Source of the DNA: Promethearchaeati archaeon SRVP18_Atabeyarchaeia-1
GTDB taxonomy: Archaea > Asgardarchaeota > Atabeyarchaeia > Atabeyarchaeales > Atabeyarchaeaceae
Length of the DNA: 64,000 bases
Reading direction: 5' to 3'
NCBI GenBank assembly: GCA_037308085.1
Contig: CP147779.1
Span: 1,568,001 to 1,632,000, forward strand
Below, one piece after another: positions 56,778 to 64,000 of the stretch; positions within the stretch are counted from its first letter, which is position 1, and each line of letters begins with the position of its first letter. Under the pieces are notes generated by a model. The model had not been told where the DNA came from. It was given only the letters and a program-made list of their open reading frames with translations, and ran no database searches. The translations under genes were made by a program, and so were the position numbers.

Positions 56778-59321
56778 ATGGTGAAGGTATTGAAGGATGA
56801 GATCCCAGAAGTTGGGAGCGTTTCGTTTGAGAGTCAGGCATCGAAGCCGGTCCCGTATGAATGGGGGTTCGGGTCCACCCCGCGTACGGCCCGCCTCAGA
56901 GCCGCCCTCAAGTGGAAGGCGGCCGTCGTAAAGGACTTTGAAAACATATTCATGGGGCTGGCGAAGTGTGGGTTCAGAAACGGGGAAGACATCAAGGTTG
57001 ATATAGACCGCGCGAGGCTCATAACTGAGTCGTACAAGCAGACCGATGGGCAACCGTGGGTCAGCCGCGTCGCCAAGGCTTTCGTTCATCTCTGCGAAAA
57101 CATGCCTATCTACATCAAGGATGGCGAGCTGATTGTCGGTGATCCCAACAGCGCGCCGGACGAACTGCGGTGGCACCCAGAGATATGCTCGCACTTCATG
57201 TCCGGCGCCGTCACCGACGGAAGCTTCTCAAGTATGGTCACCGACGCTGAGAGGGAGGAGATTGTCTCCAGCATCTGCGCGTTCTGGGACGAAAGGAGCA
57301 TCGCCGCAAGGATAAGGGCGGTCCTGCCCCGAATCTCGTGCCAAGACATATTCGAGGGGCTCGCCACCCCCATAGAGGCGAAGCTGTGGGAGATGGGAAT
57401 AGTAAACCCGTCTTACGATTACTCTGCCCTCTTCAAGGAGGGGCTAAACGCGCGGATCGAGAAAGCCGAGCGCAGGTTAAGGGAGCTCGAGAGTGGCACC
57501 CTCGGGATTCCGCCTTCCCAGTATGTGGAGAAGAGAAACAACTGGGAGGCGATGATCATGTGTGGCAAGGCTCTAATTCGTTTTAGCCAGCGCTACGCCG
57601 AGCTCGCGAGGAAGCAGGCGCAGCTGGAGCGGGACGCCATGCGCCGGCAGGAGCTGGAGGAGATAGCCGACGTGCTGGAGCGCGTTCCGGCCAACCCCGC
57701 AAGGACATTTCGCGAAGCCCTCCAGTTTTACTGGATCGTAGAGGTCGCCGCCAAGTTCCTCGCCGTGTACGGACACGGCGGCGGTCACAGGTTTGACCAG
57801 ATATTCTTCCCCTATTATGAGGCGGACATGAAGAAGGGCAAGCTCGCCCGCAAGCAGGCTTTGGAGCTCATTGAATGTCTCTTCCTGAAGATACAGGAGG
57901 TCGGCATCGCCCTCGAGTACCCCGTGACATTCACCGGCAAAGCGGGCGGCGAAATATTCTACACGATAAACATTTGCGGAAGCAAGAATAACGGCGAAGA
58001 CGCATCCAACGATCTGAGCTGCTTGGTTCTGGAGGCGATGTGCAACCTCCGCATCAACCAGCCACCGATAGCGGTTCTCTACCACAAGAACATCTCACCA
58101 GCCATCGTGGAAAGGGCAATAGACCTTCTTCACCTTGGCACAGGGCATCCTTCTTGGTTTAACGAAGATCTCCTTCAGGAATTGATAATGCTACGTGGTT
58201 ACTCTCCGAAGGATGCGAAGCGTGTTACGGTGGGGGGCTGCGTCACGCCTCACATCACAGGGAAATACCTGATTACAACTGGGACACCGGGCATCGGAGG
58301 AATGATCCTTCCAAAAGTGCTCGAAGAAACCTTGTATGACGGCGGTTCTACGGGAAACGAGGGCAGACCTGACAAACCGAAGACGAAGGATCCTAGGATT
58401 ATGACGTCCGCCGACGAATTGCTGGAAGCGTTCCTCGAGCGCGCCCTCTTCTACTGCAAGGAGATGACCTTCGCGTGGAACCTCGCCCAAGAAGTGCTAA
58501 TGGCAACCAGTCCAGATCCCTGCAATTCCCTACTCCTCGATGAACCCCTAGACAGGGGAATTGACCTGAAGAAGTTGCACAAGGAATACGATACGTATCC
58601 TGCTGTTTTCGCCTTGGGATTGATGACTGTTGCGGACTCGCTTGCCGCTATCCAGAGGCTCGTTTTCGACGAAAAGAAGTACACGATGGACGAGCTCATA
58701 ATAGCGTTGAAGAATGATTGGAAGGGGTACGAGGCGATGCGTCAGGAGTTCCTCAACGCCCCGAAGTACGGCAACGACGACGACTACGCCGACTCGTGGG
58801 CTGTGAAGCTAGCCACACACTTTGAAAACACGATCAGCCAGTTGAAGGACGCGTGGGGGTACAAGCTACTGAGCGACGGCGGAACCGCCGCGGGCTACCA
58901 GACCGTTGGACTGACATGTGGCGCCACGCCGGACGGGCGACATGCGATGACACACCTGACGGACGGGAGCCGTTCCCCGATGGCGGGAGCAGACAAGAAG
59001 GGTCCAACGGCTGTGCTGAATTCAGCGGGTAAGATACCATTCACCCACATGGAGCTCTTCAACCAGCGCTTCATGCCCACCTTTCTAGAAGGCAAGAACA
59101 GAGAGCTCTTCGCGGCGTACCTGAGAGTGTGGTGCGAGAAGCGCACAATACCGCACATACAGTTCAACGTCGTGGACAGTGCCCTTTTGAGGGATGCGCA
59201 GAACCACCCTGAAATGTATACCGACTTGCAGGTTAGGGTTGCGGGGTACAGCGCGTTCTGGATCGACCTACCAAGAGGAACACAGGACAGCATAATCGCC
59301 AGAACAGCGCACAGCTTCTAG
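56778..59321 (+). CDS. Glycyl radical enzyme (PFL superfamily), unassigned subclass
   Basis: Cys loop GGCVT, TPDGR, HIQFNVV, VRVAGYS. Confidence 0.93.
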   Translation: MVKVLKDEIPEVGSVSFESQASKPVPYEWGFGSTPRTARLRAALKWKAAVVKDFENIFMGLAKCGFRNGEDIKVDIDRARLITESYKQTDGQPWVSRVAKAFVHLCENMPIYIKDGELIVGDPNSAPDELRWHPEICSHFMSGAVTDGSFSSMVTDAEREEIVSSICAFWDERSIAARIRAVLPRISCQDIFEGLATPIEAKLWEMGIVNPSYDYSALFKEGLNARIEKAERRLRELESGTLGIPPSQYVEKRNNWEAMIMCGKALIRFSQRYAELARKQAQLERDAMRRQELEEIADVLERVPANPARTFREALQFYWIVEVAAKFLAVYGHGGGHRFDQIFFPYYEADMKKGKLARKQALELIECLFLKIQEVGIALEYPVTFTGKAGGEIFYTINICGSKNNGEDASNDLSCLVLEAMCNLRINQPPIAVLYHKNISPAIVERAIDLLHLGTGHPSWFNEDLLQELIMLRGYSPKDAKRVTVGGCVTPHITGKYLITTGTPGIGGMILPKVLEETLYDGGSTGNEGRPDKPKTKDPRIMTSADELLEAFLERALFYCKEMTFAWNLAQEVLMATSPDPCNSLLLDEPLDRGIDLKKLHKEYDTYPAVFALGLMTVADSLAAIQRLVFDEKKYTMDELIIALKNDWKGYEAMRQEFLNAPKYGNDDDYADSWAVKLATHFENTISQLKDAWGYKLLSDGGTAAGYQTVGLTCGATPDGRHAMTHLTDGSRSPMAGADKKGPTAVLNSAGKIPFTHMELFNQRFMPTFLEGKNRELFAAYLRVWCEKRTIPHIQFNVVDSALLRDAQNHPEMYTDLQVRVAGYSAFWIDLPRGTQDSIIARTAHSF

Positions 59322-59656
59322 CTGAGTCATCGACGCAGTTGCCAGTCGCTACTGGTGTGCCTTGGTATTGTCCAGGGTGCCCGCTTGCTGTGCAATTCAC
59401 ACGGAGGCTTAGTCATAATAAGACGGATCGAAACACTGTGCAAGGAAATGCTGCACCCCAAAATGTTTCTTGTGATCAGTACTCGTGTTGCATCCCGCGA
59501 TGGTTAACGCTCTTCCACGTCTCACGCCAAGTTGACAGAGCCCTGAAACATAAGGCTGAAATACTAGATTTGATCTACCACAAGAAGCTCACAATTTCTC
59601 AATTACTTGTTGGCGCTGCGGTTTAAGGGATATAGAGTATTGGAGGAGATTTCTCC

Positions 59657-60151
59657 TTGTCGCATGAAGAGGACGAAGTTGGGAAGCGGTCTGCACAGAT
59701 GGTAGGGCTGCTAAAATCAATGAGAGGAAAAGCAGGGCGGCTTTTTCCTGGGTCTCCATTCTCACAGTGGCTGAATGGTACGGTTGTGGATGCTAAGCGC
59801 GGGGAGATCGAACTGGAGTTTATCGTTCGCCCTGAAATGGCTAACCCGACAGGGCTTCTGCACGGCGGCATGCAGTGCGCTCTAATGGATGACACCATCG
59901 GAATAGCCGGCGCAACTTTGGGGTACGAAGGCTTTCTGATGAGTGTGGATTTTCACGTAGACTACTTGGGGACGGTCAAGGTTGGGGAGAAGGTCCGTGT
60001 CAAGGGGCAGATTGTGCGCGAAGGCAGGAAAATCGTTCACGCGATGGCGGAAATACACGACATGGTGGGAAAACTCGTTGCAGCCGGCAGCTCCAACCTT
60101 ACAAGAACGAGTTTCAGACCAGACTATGCAAGGCAATTAGAAAAAGAGTAG
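59657..60151 (+). CDS. PaaI family thioesterase
   Basis: NPTGLLHGG...LMDD. Confidence 0.92.
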   Translation: MSHEEDEVGKRSAQMVGLLKSMRGKAGRLFPGSPFSQWLNGTVVDAKRGEIELEFIVRPEMANPTGLLHGGMQCALMDDTIGIAGATLGYEGFLMSVDFHVDYLGTVKVGEKVRVKGQIVREGRKIVHAMAEIHDMVGKLVAAGSSNLTRTSFRPDYARQLEKE

Positions 60152-60240
60152 ACGCACAGTGGCTTGACGTATATTGTATGCAGGCTCGAGATTCGGGCAG
60201 TCCATTATTGTTTAGGCCAGGCGCCGATTCTACTTCTTCC

Positions 60241-60476
60241 TCTGAATCCCGTCTTAAGACGTATTCCTTCGCGGGCGATACAGACCATTCATCTACCAGC
60301 TCCGATCAAGTTACAGGAAGCAACCGAAATGCCGTTTCCCTTTGAGTCCTCGATGACGATTGCTTCTGCAAGAAACGTGTCATGGACGCCCCGCGAGAAT
60401 CCTTTCCTCTCGATATAGCCTCCAAGATGAAAACCGACAGGCGGGTTATATCGCCGCCACTGTCACCAGCTCTGAG
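60241..60476 (-). pseudogene. Fragment resembling the N-terminus of a neutral/alkaline ceramidase-family gene
   Basis: LRAG...DIT/PVGFHLGGYIERKGFSRGVHD...IVIED...SCNLIG*; frameshift and stop. Confidence 0.6.
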
Positions 60477-60500
60477 GCAACTTCTGCAGGTTGTTATGCC

Positions 60501-61328
60501 CTAAGTCTTGGAGGATCTTGCAAAAGCTAGTCTGAACTCTGACGCCACTTCCCGCGAGATGTCAAGATTGTTGTATCTCTTGTTTGCCCAGTCACGGAGT
60601 TGCTCGATTATTTCATGATGCGCTTCGTCAGGAACATTCCACGTGCCAGAATAGACTTTGTCGGCAAGGCCTTGAATTATCGAGTTGATGGTCACGTGTC
60701 CCACCCAGCTGTGGGTCTCGGGATCGGAGACAGTCCATCCGCTCCCCCTCAAGTACTTGATGGCTTCCTCTATGTCGGAGACCCCTAGTCTCCTGTAGTG
60801 GAACCCGTGCTTACCTCTTATCTCCTTATATTTCTCGTTAACCTCTGCTGAGACTCCTGTCCTGATGGACTCCCCAATAGCCATCGGCGCACCATCGCGT
60901 AGGACGCGCCCAGCCTCGCTCGCCACTAGATGCCAGTTTTGGATAAGATGCAACACTTGGAAGCAGAGCGCAGCATTGAAGCATTTGTCTCTGAAAGGCA
61001 GGTTCTGGGCGTCTGCCACAACGGGCTGCAGTCTGCAAAGCCATTCTCGCCTAAGCTTAGAGAGCATAAGCCGAAGCATCTCCTTGCTTACATCCACCCC
61101 GACTACCCTGAATCCTCGGACAGCCAGAGGAACGGAGAACCGCCCTGTGCCGGCGCCAATGTCAACGACCGACATGCCTTCCCCGCTACCTGCCTCAGAG
61201 AAGACCTCGCGAGATACCTCTATGCACACTTCATCTGACATTCTTCTAGTTGAGTCGTAAACCGGCGCTATACGCTCAAAAGACAGAGTGCCTTGATGCT
61301 GAATGCCGGAATTAGCCAACTCCGCCAT
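60501..61328 (-). CDS. Class I SAM-dependent methyltransferase
   Basis: VVDIGAGTGRF, ADAQNLPF. Confidence 0.92.
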   Translation of the reverse strand: MAELANSGIQHQGTLSFERIAPVYDSTRRMSDEVCIEVSREVFSEAGSGEGMSVVDIGAGTGRFSVPLAVRGFRVVGVDVSKEMLRLMLSKLRREWLCRLQPVVADAQNLPFRDKCFNAALCFQVLHLIQNWHLVASEAGRVLRDGAPMAIGESIRTGVSAEVNEKYKEIRGKHGFHYRRLGVSDIEEAIKYLRGSGWTVSDPETHSWVGHVTINSIIQGLADKVYSGTWNVPDEAHHEIIEQLRDWANKRYNNLDISREVASEFRLAFARSSKT

Positions 61329-61604
61329 CCTCTCCTTTTCCGATCCTACCCCTCTTTCATGTTCGCCGAGACTCCATTTCTCGACACCTTGAAATTGGCC
61401 GTACGTTCGATATATGCATTCCCCTCTCGCCGCAAATTGATTCTCGACGTGCGGTCAAGAAAGGAGTACTTCATAGTCGTGCACCGACTGCATCCGCAGG
61501 AGACTAAATAACGGGCAGACATCCGCATCTCGAATCCATGTGCCCGACGAGCCAACATGTGATGCCAGGGAGAACCTTAGAATTAGTACGCTTAGGGGTC
61601 CTTT

Positions 61605-62519
61605 TCATAGGGTGAGTTCCTCAACTTTCTTCATGGCCTTGTTTATCTCTTCTAGGGTCAAGTTGTTCTCAAGGATCTTGAGCCTCTTATCTTCGATGGT
61701 GAAGGCGCACTTCTTTACTTGGTTTACCTCTGCAGTCTGGAGAGCTTCTTCAGCACCCAGCCCTTCAGCTGATACAGTCTTCTCGATAGAAGGCGCCTCT
61801 TTGCTGATCTGGAAGACCTTCACCTGGCCCCGTTGACTAATCTCTACACTCACTTTTCCTCCAAGAGTCTCTACAAAAGCCAGAGTGTAGACAGCGGCCA
61901 CCTTGTCGTACTCCCGTTCCTTGTACCTCTCACGCATCGTCTCCCTTTCCGCAATTATTTCGGGTGCCCTTCCAAATTTCTCCTCAAGCGCTTTTGAAAC
62001 TTCCTGAAACTGAGGCGGGGCTCCCGTGAAACCTCCAAGTTCGCGCATGGCAGTTGGAACCTTTATGCTGGCTCTCGCAAGCGTATCCTCTTCTAGGAGT
62101 TCAATCTTCTTTCTGAAGAGCGCTTTCACTTCAGCGAAGGTGTCTTTAGCCTGCTTGTCTTTTGCGAGGTCGGCTTGGTTTATTTCCACTATCTGGAGTT
62201 TCTTGGTTCCCAGCTTGCCGATCGGATACGAGATGTTTGGAAGCTTATAGCCTTGCGATGAGACATCTGCCGCCTTTCTGCGTGCGATGGCCTTAGTGAT
62301 CCCGTCGACGCCTTCTCCAATCCAAATGTAGAGACGCTCGTTCTGCTCGTCGATTATCAGGGCAGCGCTGTCCTCATTCAGGCTGGCAGGAGACCACCTT
62401 ACCGGGACGACTTCCTTTTCGGGGTTGACTTTCAACATCAATAGATAGTAGTCTTCCTTGGGTCTGAGAGACAAACCTCTATCTCCGCCGCTCAAGCGAA
62501 TTTCCTCCCTCACAACCAT
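61605..62519 (-). CDS. Gelsolin-like domain protein with a C-terminal extension
   Basis: SLNEDSAALIIDEQNERLYIWIGEGV...KAIARRKA gelsolin-repeat pattern. Confidence 0.7.
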   Translation of the reverse strand: MVVREEIRLSGGDRGLSLRPKEDYYLLMLKVNPEKEVVPVRWSPASLNEDSAALIIDEQNERLYIWIGEGVDGITKAIARRKAADVSSQGYKLPNISYPIGKLGTKKLQIVEINQADLAKDKQAKDTFAEVKALFRKKIELLEEDTLARASIKVPTAMRELGGFTGAPPQFQEVSKALEEKFGRAPEIIAERETMRERYKEREYDKVAAVYTLAFVETLGGKVSVEISQRGQVKVFQISKEAPSIEKTVSAEGLGAEEALQTAEVNQVKKCAFTIEDKRLKILENNLTLEEINKAMKKVEELTL

Positions 62520-62546
62520 GAATTCACAAGTATCTCGGAGTATCCG

Positions 62547-62564
62547 TAGGGTAGTACTACCCTA
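62547..62564. promoter_or_regulatory. Perfect 18-bp palindrome upstream of the gelsolin-like gene
   Basis: TAGGGTAGTACTACCCTA. Confidence 0.5.
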
Positions 62565-62602
62565 TGTTACTCCCATTAATAATACCTTTCTCCACGAGAT
62601 CT

Positions 62603-63115
62603 TCAAATCATAATCTTCTCGTAACAATAGAACGGGAGTTCTCTCCTGGGGAAATGTAACTGACCAACTCGCCTGTACCCGCGCTTTTCGTAGAGCCCCA
62701 AAGCCCTCGGATTGCCGCTGTAAGCATCCAATCTTATGGAAGCATACCCCTTGTCGGTCGCCAGTTTCTCTGCTTGGTCAAGAAGTTTTCCCGCGATTCC
62801 TTTCCTGTGCCATTTCGGATTCACGGCCAGTCTATGAATCGCCATGATTCTTCCTTCTTGAATTGACCAGCCTATGCCCTTGTATTCCGGAGGCTGAACC
62901 TCATTTATAGTGACGATACCTAGAATCTCGTCCTTTTCTCTAATTTCATAAAGAGATCCGCTCTTTATATCGCTTTGAAATATCTCGCGTGTGGGATAGT
63001 ACTCGTTCCACTGATGGATTCCGTGGGATTCCATATCTCTTATGCAGCCGTCGATTAGACTCATGATTCTGCCAATGTCACTTTCCTCAGCTAGCACTAT
63101 CTTCACTGCAAACAA
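62603..63115 (-). CDS. GNAT acetyltransferase
   Basis: IHRLAVNPKWHRKGIA, NPRALGLYEKRGY. Confidence 0.92.
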   Translation of the reverse strand: MFAVKIVLAEESDIGRIMSLIDGCIRDMESHGIHQWNEYYPTREIFQSDIKSGSLYEIREKDEILGIVTINEVQPPEYKGIGWSIQEGRIMAIHRLAVNPKWHRKGIAGKLLDQAEKLATDKGYASIRLDAYSGNPRALGLYEKRGYRRVGQLHFPRRELPFYCYEKIMI

Positions 63116-63557
63116 ACCCCTGTAGACTGCGAGCTCTCAGGTGTGGATAATCCCAACTCCGCGTCCCAAGACAACGATTCATTCCCAAACATATTTAGAA
63201 AGTAGCTAACGTCCCGAGTGTTACTCGAGTCAGACTTCAAGCGATGTACCGAGACTATGTTGGCAGTACCCTCTCTTATAATGCATCTCATTCAGCTGTT
63301 ACAGGCATGATTTGTCCAGTCTCTCAACGCTGTGATATCCTCTGAGTTTGGTCGACTCAGGCGGCGCCTGTATGGAAATACTTTCAATAATCGGAGAGCT
63401 ATGATCACTGTTTATAACTGAACAATTGAGTCGTTGTTTCATCAAATACTATTTAATTTGAGCGATCCATGTTATGGGACAGTGGATTGCCGGATCAAGG
63501 TTGATAGGTTTCGCCTTGTCTGGAGAGGAATAAGTGAATTAGAAGAGGTCTTTCTGC

Positions 63558-64000
63558 ATGAGGATCTATTTCGTGTATACCGGTGAGTTTGGGGAGAGAG
63601 TCATCGGTAATTTGGTGAACGATAGATCCTTCTGCAAGGTTTGTGGTGCCTCATGCACTGAGTGCAGGTGGAAGCCAAATTGGAGCTTCGCCGACAGAGT
63701 AGTAGGCGTCTCAACTGTACCAGACACTCTTCCCGTCATTGTTGACGACCCTGAAACCTACATGCCCAAGAATCCGCCCAAGTGTGACGTACTTGTTTCC
63801 ATAGGAATTCATCCTGACGTTGCCTCAACGTTGCCTCTGCTTGCAAAGCAGGCTGAGGCAAAAGCTGTCATAGCGCCTGTCGAAGACCCAAAGTGGATGA
63901 GCCGCAACATGCAAACCGAACTTGAGAAGGGGCTGGCAGAAATGGGAATCGAGAGCGCATTCCCAAAGCCCTTCTGCTCCCTGGAACCTACGGGAGGACC
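63558..64000 (+). CDS. DUF166-like protein, truncated at the window edge
   Basis: MRIYFVYTGEFGERVIGNL...CKVCGASCTEC...IHPD...PKPFCSL. Confidence 0.8.
   Translation, partial: MRIYFVYTGEFGERVIGNLVNDRSFCKVCGASCTECRWKPNWSFADRVVGVSTVPDTLPVIVDDPETYMPKNPPKCDVLVSIGIHPDVASTLPLLAKQAEAKAVIAPVEDPKWMSRNMQTELEKGLAEMGIESAFPKPFCSLEPTGG

Noticed and set aside
61346-61558. Cys-containing ORF as a small ribosomal or zinc protein
   Set aside because: No convincing family motif or start context.

Overview
Archaeal chromosomal window with GGAGG/GGTGA Shine-Dalgarno motifs, archaeal ATP-dependent ligase, TrmB regulators, a BHB-intron tRNA and a gelsolin-domain protein. These point to a TACK/Asgard-type lineage such as Bathyarchaeia or an Asgard class (inference). 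About 1-26 kb is accessory DNA: catalase plus Fur/PerR, an IS605 (tnpA+tnpB), an arsenic-resistance locus, transporters and two toxin-antitoxin pairs, punctuated by seven co-oriented copies of a hairpin repeat. About 26-64 kb is more core-like: thrS, cysS, tRNA-Cys, sulfur/redox genes, ABC exporter, HerA-like ATPase, peptidases, DNA ligase, a glycyl radical enzyme and gelsolin. Top candidates for undescribed biology: (1) an ArsR/Acr3 locus containing two soluble MtrA-like corrinoid proteins (one ferredoxin-fused), two DGC proteins, a lipoyl carrier and OsmC, with a shared CATAT-N12-ATATG operator at four promoter-proximal sites; (2) a cassette-like array of modules delimited by the hairpin repeat; (3) a free-standing LAGLIDADG-HTH gene lying between an intact peptidase 3' end and a decayed, synonymously diverged duplicate of that 3' end. 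Also present are a three-intron tRNA-Cys, a TnpB with a rearranged RuvC site and a mini-IS carrying only an omegaRNA. All calls are from motif recognition by eye; no searches were run.
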